Part shown: positions 46,001-58,463 of the stretch, piece by piece
Layout: every line of letters begins with the position of its first letter
Position numbering within the stretch: the stretch's first letter is position 1
DNA from: Massalongia carnosa
Lineage: Eukaryota
NCBI GenBank assembly: GCA_965645245.1
Contig: OZ287072.1
Location: forward strand, 744,001 to 808,000
Direction: 5' to 3'
Length of the DNA stretch: 64,000 bases
Notes under the pieces: model-generated
Told to the model about the DNA's origin: nothing
Databases searched by the model: none
Seen by the model: only the letters and a program-made list of their open reading frames with translations
Made by a program: the position numbers and the translations under genes

Positions 46001-47993
46001 TTTGTTCCAACTCATGAACTACCAAGCCCACCCAGAGGAATGAGCCACCAGATTTTGCCAAGATTCGCTCGGCAAGACCTGCACGACTTGCACGACTTTC
46101 ACTATTTTGGACAGGGAACTGATCAATCCTTGCCGCAATAAATAATTTGATATCTTCCACGGTGTCCGCTAGGAACATTTCCAGTTGCGTAACATTTCTA
46201 TTAGGTGGACCAAATGCTCGTTCGATTTCTTGTGTTTTGCGGCTTGTGATGAGAACTCGAAGCCAAATATAACTTGGGTTTTTGGAAATGATCGAGAAGA
46301 ATGACTGGACATCGTCGCACTCGTCCAAAGCATCGACTACCCAGTAATGAGATTGATGAGATTCTGCTTTAGAGATCTTGTTTGAAAAAAGTTTTTCCCA
46401 AATAGTTCTTGCGTCACTCTTCTCGAAAGTCTTGCCGTCCGCCTCAAATGCGAGAAGGTTTTTTCGAACTTCCACATTACAAAGGGCCATCTGGTAGGCT
46501 AAGGATCGCAAGCAATCACTGACAGAAGACTTGCCGTCTAAGCCCTGCTTAAAGAAAAAGTAGCTGCAGTCGAGAGGCTGCTTTTGAAGGCACCTCACTA
46601 CATAGCTGGAGAGGACAGATTTTCCAGAGCCTGGGTTTCCTCTAAGCCACAAGACTGACGGAGTGCTCGAACACGGAGTGCACCACTCCTCAAACTCTTT
46701 CTTGCTCGTGAACCACTCGCAAGATCCAGGCATACGTACATTTTCAAGAGCTAAAAGATCGTCGCTGGGAGGACCTGAGACCCCTGTAAGCGAAGTGAGG
46801 TGCTGGAGATCACTCTGAGTGGCTTCTCGCCGACGACGAAAGGCTACGCTACGTCAATGGAAATTTTCGTTGACTTTCAGATAACAAATCATACCTTCGG
46901 TGGTGATGGCATCAACGGTGGTACTGAGAGCATTACGCAGCGTTCGATAATTTGGATCGGAAGGTCGATCAAACTTGCATATCCCACGATGGTCAGAATT
47001 GAGAAGGGCGATACGCTCGTGTGGGTAGCCCAGAGTGGCCGAAGCCTTGTCAACGACTATTGCCTTGGAGATCAGGAGGCTGGTTTCGAGGGTTTCATAA
47101 AATGACCATAGTTGCAAGTCCTGGGCATAAAGGAGGAATTTCTCATTTATACCAGATAACAGCTTGGAACTCGGTAACAAATCACTCACATAAGGTTTTG
47201 GTCCAAGGCTCACTCTAAGAATGTTGCTCAGAGTTCGCGCCAGATCTGAGCCTCGATGTGGTGTTGCCAAAAAATACATTGTATGGAAACGAGACGAGAT
47301 ATCTTTGAACATTGGATCTTCTCGAGCAAGTATGTATGCCTGTACCTTCATTAGCCCTTCGTGGCTGGGAGGTTCCCGCCTTTGCTGAGCCAGGTCTCTA
47401 ACCTTCTTGATGACTAGCCCCCCCATGCTATGGCCGATCATGACAATTTGGGTCTGAGCGCAACATATCAGCTACAAACTCGCATCCATTGGCCCCCGAA
47501 AGCAAAACCTCTTCTCTTCTGATCCCCGGATTATCCTTCATCTCAGCAAGGAGAGAACACGCAAAATCCTCAACCTCAAGAATGCTGTTCTTTCTCTCAC
47601 CCCAGTCTGCCACATATCCAAAACTATAAATACGAACATTTTGAAAATCTAGGTCTCGAGGAAGCCATTCCTTGGGCCAATAATGGTAGGAATCAGCAGT
47701 CTTGCTCCATGACTTCTTAGATCCCCCTCCAAGTCCGTGAACAAAGATAAATTCTACCAAGGGCTCCGGTGGCGAGTATAGAAGGTTGAGTCCAAGAGGC
47801 CCTTTGACATCAGTGCAAGGCTCAGATCGATTGAGTACAGATGGACTCTTGGAGCGCTGTATTGATACTCTAGTGAAGACTCGATTCAAGAAGTTAACAC
47901 TGTTGTCGGCTGAAGAACGCCTCCGAAACTGAAAGTGCAACCATCATTAGAGAAGATAAATCTCAACAGACCAGGCGTGCTTACGTGCTCCAT
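43035..47993 (-). CDS. Fungal NLR: alpha/beta-hydrolase (SesB/PGAP1-like) - NACHT - WD40
   Basis: MEH|gtaagc first exon. Hydrolase motifs FIFVHGLGGGS and IGHSMGGLVIKK. Walker A WLRGNPGSGKS, Walker B WVVDALDEC, SGGSFLWV, IIHQTARDFL. Degenerate WD repeats (ASSGLRTVRIWD, FCGKQDGSV). Confidence 0.9.
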
Positions 47994-49455
47994 TCAACAG
48001 ACACGCCAAACCTTTCCCGCTCATGGATATCTACCAATTTTTATATATCAAAGAGCATGCGCTTCCTTTATACCCATCTCAGAACGCCCATTTGGGTTTA
48101 GCATCGCTGTGCCTCGTAGCAAAGCTGCAGGCTTCCGTACCCCTACACTAATAGGCGATTTGCTTGGTGCTGTCTGATTGCGCTGGCACATCATAGATTC
48201 ATATATACAGAGTACCTCTGTATATATTCGGTCTCTCTGTACCAGCAATACTTGAATAGCAAAGGCGCGTCTGTTCAATATCGAAGGAAATTTGCAAAAT
48301 ATGAGCTGATAAGAATAAATGGACCAATTTTTCCTGGCAAGGCTAATCTCGCAACCAATCGGGACTGCTTATTTATCAAATTTCTTGAGTCATCTTATTC
48401 AGCAACGCAAACGCGTTTGAGTACTCGAAAGACAACATCGATAAATTTCCCCCTCAACACAATGGCAGCTTGAAGCCGGAAGGCCCTCTCGAGGACTTCA
48501 CCTTAATCCTCTGAAAATGCGAACTAGGAGTATGAAGCGCAAAAAGCTCCCCACGATTTATTTTGCATCTCCATATTCATCTCTTCAAGGCTACCCCAAA
48601 GTAGACGACGGTGATCGTTCTTGCAGCACAAGTAGGCTTTGAATGACTAACTACTTTTCCCTTGCCAACTCATGACATGCGATTTCACGTACAAATTGCA
48701 TTGCTCTTTCCGGACAGGTTGAGCTTCATGACTGGACTTGGAATACACCGCAGCTTACAGCTCTTCTTGCGTTGGTGGCGGTAGATGTATCAATCGTTAG
48801 TCTTCTTCGCATCTGCTTTCGGCCTTTGTTTGCCACCAGATTGTTTCCTGACTGGTACCAACAGCATTGTCTTTACAACTATCTATCAATCTTTGTTCGG
48901 AACTGCCGCACTGCTTCATTGTTTGAGATCTGTTAGTACTAAATTGGCGAAGCCTCAAGTTCCAGTTATATAAATAGGTAAGATAATTACAATGGAGACG
49001 AGTCGGTAGAGTGTTAAGGAGAATACATATGGGTGGAACTTGTGAGGGGGTTCCCATCGTGATTAAGAGCTTGCTGGTTGAGGAGTAGGGAGGGTTTGTT
49101 CCAAAAGATTGGAAGATGGAGAAAAGGGAGTAGATGGTTAATTGCTATTGTGAAAATGTTAAAACTTACAAAAAATTCAGCTGAATGAAGCAGTTACTTA
49201 CTATTTACCAAACTAAAGCAAGCCCAAGAAATGACTGATTGCCTTGATGCTGAATTTCACTCTTCCGCTAATAGCTAGCCAGCCAGCCAGTAAATAGAAA
49301 AACACACACAAAACACAAATAAAAAAACGCAAAACTCACAGCCAGATAAGCATACCATTGCCATACCCACCAACCAACCAACATATAACCCCCCCTCTCC
49401 TCCTCCCCCCAAAACGCATATTCCCGCGCCCTCCAAATTCCCAGCAGCCTACCAC

Positions 49456-50811
49456 TCACCCCTCCTCCTCTCCCTCCCTCCCCTCCGCGATAGTCTGAAG
49501 ACAGCTTGCAATCCCCACAACCGCCTCGCTCGCCCCGCGCAACACCCGTCTCCGCATCCGCAGCTGCACGTGCGTCATATCAAGCCATCCGCAGGTGCGG
49601 TCTCCGTCTTCCGCCTCCGCAATATCCGCCAGTGCAGGAGACATGGATTCGCCGAGCAGGGCGTGCATCTGCGCCTGGGCTCCCTTGGGGATAAACTTGC
49701 GTGGCTCAGCTGTGCCCGGCTGATCAGTCACGGAAGGCGAAAAAAGAGCGGCTATGGCTATGGAAACGACCTGGGCGCCGACCCGGCTGGCAAAACCCTC
49801 TTTACAGAGACAGGGGAATGCCGCAGTGGAAGCGAGCGTGAGCGCGGGTTTGAGGTGGGGGTGGGGGAAGGAGAACGGGGGACGGGATTGGTTTTTGCTT
49901 TTTGAGAAAGGAGTGTTTTCGAGAGGGGAATCCGGGTCTTGGAGCCCCTCATGGGAGTTTATTTGCTTGAGGGCTTCTTCCGCTACTGGAATGGCTGCGC
50001 TCCTTATGTTTGCGCCGAGCTGCGGCTGTATAGGCGGGGCTTGATGGAGATCCTTTCGGCGGACGCTACTATTTGGTTTTCTACTAGCATTCATCCCGGT
50101 TTCATGCGCCGTTCGCATTTTGGGGGTTTGGATCTTGCTGATGATCAGCTTCCTCATCCAAAGGTACAAGGCAGGGTATTGAGATCCATCGGGGGCAACG
50201 TAGGTGTCGGTATTCTCCTCGTGATGCAGGAGGGCGGCAAGCCGAGCGGTGGAGAAGTTCTCGATTCCGAAGGACGAGTGAGGGAACTTAAGATGTTCAT
50301 GCGCGGGGATGAAGTTTTCAAGCCTGGCAGCGGGATTAATGGGGAGGAAATCGTCTCGGGAGCTGCTGAGCGGGAATTTCGACTTCGAACACGAATCGCT
50401 TTCGGAACTTGGACTCTCTGTTGTACTGGGGGTGAGTGTGTGAACAAGGCCACGTTTGAGGTCGGGCTTGAGTTCGTAGATGCGGTTGATTTGATCTTCG
50501 GATGTAGGCCCGGATTCGGGCCTAAAACAAGACTCCTCGATCGCTGCAAGCTTGAATTTGGTTTTCGTTTCGAAGAGAAACTTAGGTTTATCGTGTCTAG
50601 GTCTAATTTCGACATCGAGCTCTAATTCATCTATGGCCTCATCGTCAAATGCAGGCTCACCATGAATCCCTTCGGGATACGGGGTTGGTGGACGGTTTCG
50701 GAATGCGGTTTTTGGTTCTTGGAGCGGTGTAGGAGTTGTTAATGGTATCGGGAGGAAGAGAACCTTACGATTCGAGATTTTTGGCATGGATGCGGCTATG
50801 ATTTGCAACAT
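49456..50811 (-). CDS. Hypothetical protein (451 aa, Pro/Ser-rich)
   Basis: Long uninterrupted ATG-initiated ORF with the G-rich 3' end seen in neighbouring genes; no recognisable domain. Confidence 0.6.
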   Translation of the reverse strand: MLQIIAASMPKISNRKVLFLPIPLTTPTPLQEPKTAFRNRPPTPYPEGIHGEPAFDDEAIDELELDVEIRPRHDKPKFLFETKTKFKLAAIEESCFRPESGPTSEDQINRIYELKPDLKRGLVHTLTPSTTESPSSESDSCSKSKFPLSSSRDDFLPINPAARLENFIPAHEHLKFPHSSFGIENFSTARLAALLHHEENTDTYVAPDGSQYPALYLWMRKLIISKIQTPKMRTAHETGMNASRKPNSSVRRKDLHQAPPIQPQLGANIRSAAIPVAEEALKQINSHEGLQDPDSPLENTPFSKSKNQSRPPFSFPHPHLKPALTLASTAAFPCLCKEGFASRVGAQVVSIAIAALFSPSVTDQPGTAEPRKFIPKGAQAQMHALLGESMSPALADIAEAEDGDRTCGWLDMTHVQLRMRRRVLRGASEAVVGIASCLQTIAEGREGEEEG

Positions 50812-52192
50812 TTAAGGATTGGTCAAGAATATAGGCAGATTAGAATTTAAGGAGTCAATGATATAGAAGAAGGCGTCCTGCTGATTTCTTATGAGAGAGC
50901 TGCTGAGAAAATAATGAACCTGTTAGGCAAGACATGTAGAGCTTATAAACACCTAACAGGGGCGAATCTAACAGATGAATATTTAGGAGATTATACAGGT
51001 GGAAGTAGATAATTGATATTGATTGGAATTGTATAAATTAGTGAGAAGTGTCTCCGAACGTCGTCAATATCCCCATGAGACAATGAAATCATTGCTAGTG
51101 ACAGTGAAACAAAGTTTCTTGGAAATCTTAGAATTCTTGACAGTAGTAAATCTCCAAATCCAAACATGTATTCACCATTTGAAGGACAGACAGGGGAAAC
51201 AGGATGTAGTTCTTGAATGCATACCAAGAGTTGGTGAATTGGAAGCTCTTAAACTTTGACAGCCATCATTAAATCTTGCGAAGTCCTCAATGCTTCCGAT
51301 GTAGAGTGAGTATTGCCGTTGTTGACCAAGTGTTAATGCCAAAGGTACCTGTTCTATTCCATGAGAGTACACAAGTTAACTATCGAAGAAATGCAAGTAT
51401 ACGATTGTCAAATGTTAAATGAACTGGCCGAGACAACTCGCAGTGAAATGTGTCTACTCTGAGATGTAGCAGAATTCACAGGAGATCACCCACCAATGTC
51501 GGAAAGTTCTGTACCACGATAAAACGAAGAGACGACCAGAAAGCCCATCAGCTTGTACCAAGAGTTCCCATGCATTACGAAGCCCTTCATGTGATCGTAT
51601 ACCGACATACTTCAGGATTGCCGTTCTTATATCCGTGGATTCACGTATAGCATTGTACGTGGAAAGCCCATCTTAAAGCTCTGCGGGAATCTAATTCATT
51701 CATCAGCGCCACCTGGCCTTTTGAGAGGCGTCCTGGTGGAGCAGAGGATGGGAGATGTTCAAGAAAAGGTGTGAGGTGGAAGATGAAAGGTGTAGAGAGG
51801 CGTTAAACTATTTTGAGGTTCTTGATCTTAGAGTTTGAACTGCCAGTAAAAAGTAAAAACTGTTCCATACCTACCAACAAGCGCCGGCATCCTAATACAA
51901 AAGGTACGCAAACCTCCAAAATAGTTTAGTTTAACACTCGATGTTTGTACATATGAGCACGTGAGGTCATGTGCATTGAGCCCTCTCAGCCCTATCAGCC
52001 TTGTATATCCCAGTCAGACGGCCTGAAGGATGATCAACAGTCACTTTCCTCTTTCTCTTTCTTCATGCCTCATGATGGCTTCCATAAACCTTTGGATTTA
52101 TCAATTCAACCGTCAAATAGGCTACAAAATCTCACTGGGCTACGTTCAGCAAAGTTAACCTATATTGACGGTTTTATCTTAGATAAGCTCTC

Positions 52193-55100
52193 ATGGAACA
52201 GTTGGAGATACGGAGCAAGGTATGAGCCGCAATTGATTTTTTTTCTGCCTGCTTTCTAACCTTGGTAAAGTCCTATCTAGTTCGATGGGTGAGCGTAAAA
52301 GCTGAATGGACTATATCATGGAACATCCAACCGCAGAAGAAATCCATCAATTTTGGCATCTTTAAACACCCTGGCGTGGGAAAAGCCCCAACCCCAAGAC
52401 TCCCTTCGTCGACTTTTGACGCTCCACCAACCCCATGCCTACCAGTCGAGGACGGACCCTCAGACGTGGCCCCCGGACATGCATCCTCTGTAGGTCCGGA
52501 GAAGTTGAAGAATATTGGACTTAAGCTTGTAACGTGGCATGGGACCTGTGAGGCTAACAGGGTATCGACGGGAAAGCTTAACGTGCCAAAGGACGAAGGA
52601 GGGATGTATGCACTTGTCTTTGACAACACGTTTTCCAAATCTTCCTCGAAAGCTGTAACATTCGTCCTTTTGACATACCCTACAAACTCTCCACCTCAGG
52701 CAAATCATCATATGCACCATATTCAAGGATTGTCTTCAGAAAGTAGTTCGAGTGTACGGAACACGCAAAGCCCCAGGATCACAACTCTATGCCATGAATC
52801 ATCCGAGTCCATAACTCCGATAGACACTTCATCTTCAAACCCTCCCAATAAATCCAGGAAATCGCGAAGTAACCGTTCAAAAGAAAGCGAAAAAAGCAGT
52901 GGATCGAATTTCTTCACAGGCGCATTATATAAGAGGCGCCGTAAGAAACATCAGGGCTACGCCCGTAGGTTTTTCTCTCTAGATTATTCATCGTCCACTC
53001 TATCATATTACCACAACCGATATACGATGGCCTTACGAGGGGCCGTTCCCCTGTCATTAGCAGCGATAGGAGCAAATGCTAGCACAAGGCAAATATGTAT
53101 TGATTCCGGGGCGGAAATCTGGCACCTGAAGGCCGGGAATCAAAAGGATTTTGAGTCTTGGAGGAACGCCTTAGAGCTCGCAAGGTCAAACTTAGGTCCC
53201 GCCTCCCCTGATTTAATAAAACGTGTAGATAGTCGGATCGGAAGGCACTCTGCAGCACGTGTCAACCCCGAAGAAGAACGCGAATGGGCCAAGGTGGAGG
53301 ACCTAGCAAGCCAAATCCAGGGCGTAAGAGACGTCGCCTTAAGCCTAGCTAAAGATACCGATCCAAAGTATCTCTCGTCAAACGCATCAAAGGTAGCGTT
53401 CGAGAGACCGCTTGAAATCCTCTCCAAATCTGCTGCGTCCAGCGCGTCAGAGAGTCCGCTGGAAGAAGTCGTTGCTGGATATTTCAACGAGGGTGAACGT
53501 AGACGGTTCTGGAAACGCAAGCAGAGCGGAGAAAGGTCGATGCCTGGGGCGTTCCGAAGAAGCGTGTCCGCACAGTCTACCCTGACCTCTTCGAGAACCA
53601 CACCACCTGAATGTGTGGTTGGCTTTACCTCGAACATAGAAAACCAATCATTACAGAGCCAGGCTGAGGAGACAGTGCATGATCACTGCATGTCTTTGCT
53701 CCGGGATCTTGATTCGATCGTCGCTAGTTTTGCCGTGCTCATCGCTGAAAGCCAGGAACGACGTTCCCCTGTTCCTCCCTCGGCTACGTCTCGGCGCAGC
53801 ATAGATTCCCAGGGATCTGAAGAGTTTTTTGATGCGGAGGGGCCGAACAACTCGCAGTTGCTGGCTATACATCAGGAGAGCGACGATGATGGGGGTAGAA
53901 CAGATCAAGATCTAGCAGAAGATTCGACTTCTGATAGCGATGTTGAAATGGTTGGTAACCCTAGCAGAAGGGACACTACGACGCAAGAAGCAACTTCGGC
54001 ATTTCCTGCCAAAAGCAAATCCCTTTTTCCTTTGCCAGCACAATCTGTGAAGAGGAGAAACACTGTTCCTCCCCCGACAATTAATCCGCCTAGTTTGATC
54101 GGCTTTTTGCGCAAAAATGTTGGAAAAGACCTTTCCACAATATCAATGCCGGTATCAGCTAATGAACCATTATCGCTACTCCAACGGGCTTCTGAGCAGC
54201 TCGAATACTCTACTCTTTTGGACAATGCCGTAAAGGTGGGGAAATCGAGCGTCGATCGCCTGTTATATGTCAGTGCTTTTGCCATTTCGTATTTGTCTTC
54301 ATCGCGTGTTAGAGAACGCGCGATCCGCAAACCCTTCAACCCCATGTTGGGCGAAACTTTTGAGCTTGTTCGAGAAGATCGAGGCTTCCGTTTTCTTGCT
54401 GAAAAGATCTCTCACCGACCCGTGCGCATGGCCTGCCAGGGCGAATCCGAAAATTGGACCTTCACCCAATCTCCCATGCCCACACAGAAATTCTGGGGCA
54501 AATCCGCCGAGCTAGTCACTGAAGGTAGGGTCCGCGTGGTTCTCCATTCAACCGGTGACCGATTCAGTTGGATGGCCGCGACAAGTTTCTTGCGTAATAT
54601 TATAGCGGGCGAGAAATACATTGAGCCCGTTGGCATCATGAACATCACCAACGAAGCCACGGGAGAATACGCCCTCGTGAATTTCAAAGCCGGAGGCATG
54701 TTCTCTGGCCGTAGCGAAGATCTCGTCGTCCAAGCCTTTGATTCCAATGGCGACGAACTCCCTCTTGGCCTCATCGGTAAATGGACTACCTCCCTCACCC
54801 TCATCGAAAATGGCCAACCCCGACCGGGACCCCCTCTTTGGGGTGCCGCAGACCTCGTCCCAGACGCCTCGAAACGCTACGGTCTAACCACTTTCGCAGC
54901 CTCGCTGAACGAAATTACCCAGATAGAAGCCAGCCGTACGGCACCGACGGACAGTCGGCTGCGACCCGATCAACGCGCGGTGGAGGAGGGCGATTTCAGC
55001 CGCGCTGAGGAGTGGAAGGCCAGGTTAGAAGAGGGGCAGAGAGCGAGGAGGAATGTTCTCGAGAAGCGTGGGGAGGGGTGGGCTCCCCGGTGGTTTGAGA

Positions 55101-55213
55101 GGGTGGAGGGTGGAGAAGGGGAAGACGTGTGGGTTGCCAAGGGGAGGGAGGGGTATTGGGAAGAGAGGGAAAGGGGGAGATGGGAGGGGGTAGAGAGGGT
55201 TTTTGATGCCTAA
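52193..55213 (+). CDS. OSH3: Oxysterol-binding protein, GOLD-PH-ORD architecture
   Basis: MEQLEIRSK|gtatga..ag|SYLVRWV. GOLD motif GGMYALVFDNTFSK, PH motif LYKRRRKKHQGYARRFFSLD, ORD motifs KPFNPMLGETFE, EKISHRP, TDSRLRPDQR. Confidence 0.93.
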
Positions 55214-55817
55214 GGGGGGAAGTTGGTACTGTTGGCAGTAGGGAAGTGAGGAAATTTGATACCCTTTGAAAATTACATGTAGGAATAGATGCTCCACCGC
55301 ATCGCCACCTGATTCGGGTAAGGTAGTGTATTATATACATCGATGCTTCTAAAAAATAACCGCCGAAATTTCAACTACTTATCATCCGCGAACTAGCAAA
55401 TCACGCTGAACCGAGCGGACTTGAACCGGACGAAACCTTCCTCCTCATCCCTCCTCCCATCTACTGTAAGGAAGTAGGTAGGTAACTAAGCATCTACGGA
55501 AATAACGACAGATTATTGAACCTTTCGCTGTTTGCTTGTTTTTGGGGGGGGGGTTTTATAGAGATAGATATAGAGGGGCACTACATAACTACTTGTTCAT
55601 TATACCTAGCGTTTGATAGGCGAGTAAGAGGTGAAGCGTGAAACAGCAAGCATGAAGAAATGATACGCATGAAGCATGCTGATCGTAAAGCGTGATACAT
55701 AAACCCTCAACATCCACCCTGGTTTTTTTTAGGCCCTGATTCCATTCTCTCCCCCCTCTCTATGCCTTCCAGTCCTTTCCGTAAAAAATCCCGTCTCACG
55801 TCCATTCCGTAACGTAC

Positions 55818-57432
55818 CTAGTCTCTCCCAGAGGATTTACGATCATTCGTCATCATAATGCTACAGTAGCATAGATTAGCGATCGACTCGCAAAACCAAA
55901 ACAATAAAAAAGCGCCAACAAAAAGACTCACGGCAGACTCTCAAACACCACTCCGTTCCGCTCGTAATGCGTCACGAACCCGCCTTGCAGCACCCGGCGC
56001 AGGCCTTGCAACCGATGCAATTTCCACCACTTGTCGATGCGCATCACCCCGTCCCGGTGGATCCTCACGACCATGCGACTTCCATAGCGCTTGCCCGTCT
56101 CGTGGCTGACGGCATTCTGGTAGCGGGGGCCGTGCGTGGGGTATTCGATGCTGTTGAGGATGTCGGCGAAGGCAGTGCGGAGGGCTTTTTGGGATTTTTT
56201 GGACAGCCGATGGGTGCTGATGGAGGCGAGATCGGAGAGCGTGTGCAGTAGTTGGTCGGTGCGGCGGTAAGGCGTGTAGACCTGTAAAAGCTTGGGAGCG
56301 CCAGGGGTCGCGTCGGGGTCGGAGATGACGTCTGAAGGGGAGCAATCGGAGAGCGAGTGGTCGCCGTCGTCAGAAGACAGCGACCGGTAAGATTTCTCGT
56401 AGAGCAAAGCGATGTTCTCACCCGCCGCGATCTGGACTTCGGGAGAGCTGCTGGCGAGCTGGTCGGTGAAAGCACCGATGGCATCCTCCGAATCCTCGGA
56501 AAGGTCGTCGATCAACGTAGCGAGGAAACCGTATTCTTCGATTGCGGCCGTGACGGGAAGGGGCTCGTCATGGGCCGAGATTTGCTCGCCGTCCGAGGTA
56601 ATGATGTCGAGCAAGTAGCACATGTTCTCCAGGATCTCATCGTCGGAGGCGCCACCGCAGAAGGTGCAGGCGCCCAGCGCGTGGATGGCAGCAGTTTTGC
56701 TGGCGATGGAGAGGGAGTCGGAGATGGTGTTCTTCAGAGGGGTAGATGCGGAATCATAGATAAGATCGGAGGGCGACGTAATAAGGGTCATAGCCAGAGC
56801 TTGAGCGAGTGAGCGGGGGAGGTTTGGGAGACGAATAAGTTTTCGAGAACTTACCTTTAATCGCAAGGATCGTCTCCTTCTCGCTAGACTCGGCTTTGAT
56901 GCTCTTGAAAAACGCAGCCACAAGCTCGGCTTCCTTGCCACGTATCTCCTCCTCCGCATATTGGCTCGTCAAGATCCGCACATAGGCACTCAAACACTTC
57001 TCGCGCCCTTGAACGCTGCTTCGCTTCCGATCAATAAGCTCAGCGATCCGGTCTGCTAATTCTGTTCTCCAGGCATCAGTCGCCTGATCGGTGTCTGGAG
57101 TTGGTATCTCATCGATCGAGTTGACGCTGTTGGCATAGTTAGTACGCGTATATTCGACCTCGTGTCAGATGATAAAGCAGGCTTTGCGCCTCATCTTTGG
57201 TTTGCGACGTGAAGTGGAATAGCGCAAAAGTATAGCCATACCTGAAAGACGTCTCGTCGCTCAAATCACCTCCCTCCTCCTCATCTGACCCATGTCTGCT
57301 AGGGTTCCTGCTATGGGCGCGTGATGGAGGAGCGGAATTCGGTCGCGAACTGGCTGGCGAGGACTGTCTCGACTGCGCTTTGCGAGACACAGTCTTGCCG
57401 CTCTCAAGAGCTTGTCGTCTTAAATCATGCAT
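55818..57432 (-). CDS. IFRD (interferon-related developmental regulator) domain protein, 4 exons
   Basis: MHDLRRQALESGKTVSRKA, RKRSSVQGRE, VQIAAGENIALLYEKS, RIDKWWKLHRLQGLRRVLQGGFVTHYE. Last exon IMMTNDRKSSGRD*. Confidence 0.85.
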
Positions 57433-58463
57433 GGCGTGAACGTTGCGTAGAATCGACCTTTCAAATACACCGGGAGAAAGAGGAGGCCAATGAAGGTGAT
57501 TTTTCTTCTTCTTTCTTTTTATCTTTTCAAGACTTAGGCTGTTGCAGTGGAAATGAGAATCTATGAATTTCTGAAGGTAGAAGATATATCCGTAATTCCA
57601 TATGGGCTTTAAAGAAACAAATTAGCACGAGGCTGGGAGAGTCAGAAGGGCAAATGAATGATGTGAATGTTGGGGGGTGACTATTGAGGATTTCCTATTG
57701 TTCAAAACCGAGGATTCTAAGCGGTTTGTGCGTGACTGATGACTAATGACCATTGGACTGCCCGAGGACTGATTGTTCCAGGCTAATGCACGCTTCAGCC
57801 AACACATTCACACATTCATACATTCACATATTTACTGTTCATGCATTCGTGTCAAGTCACAGCGCCCCGAAACGCCCCTCCCTCGAGGTGTAACAGAGCC
57901 CCTACCTCCCTCTCTTGTGCAACACCTGTCCAACCATACGGGTGAAACTCAATCAATAGGCCTGTACTGATCCCCGTCGTGAGGTGGACTTATGAAGGCA
58001 AAGAAAATTAGCAGAAACTCACTACGTTGTCCACGAGCGAAAGAAAAGAAAAGGTTCCAACCAGCTTCGTTGTTCTTCAACTAACTTGCATGCGTGTCGA
58101 GGTTGCTCTCTTGTTCAGTCCACTCCAAACCGTTTCCCAATCGTGCCCATCCTGCCCATCCTGCCCATCAAAGTGTTTGGAGAACATAACATAGACGGAT
58201 TCCCTCGTGATGCCACCCTTTGATGTTCCATCCTTGTTCCTGATCTTGTGCCTGTGAGATACGTAGTGTTATATCTAATCTTACCGTATATAAAATATCA
58301 GCATATGGGTGGAAACATTGACAAACCAAGAAACAATGAATCAATCATGTAGGTATTCAATAAAGCATAATCATCATATTTGTTAACAATGAGTTAGACC
58401 AGAGTCCAATCGGTATCTAGGTACTTCCTGACAAGAAAGACCTTACAGCTAAGCTAACAATCC

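Noticed and set aside
8700..51000. Starship giant transposon
   Set aside because: No DUF3435 tyrosine-recombinase captain or characteristic boundary repeats recognised.
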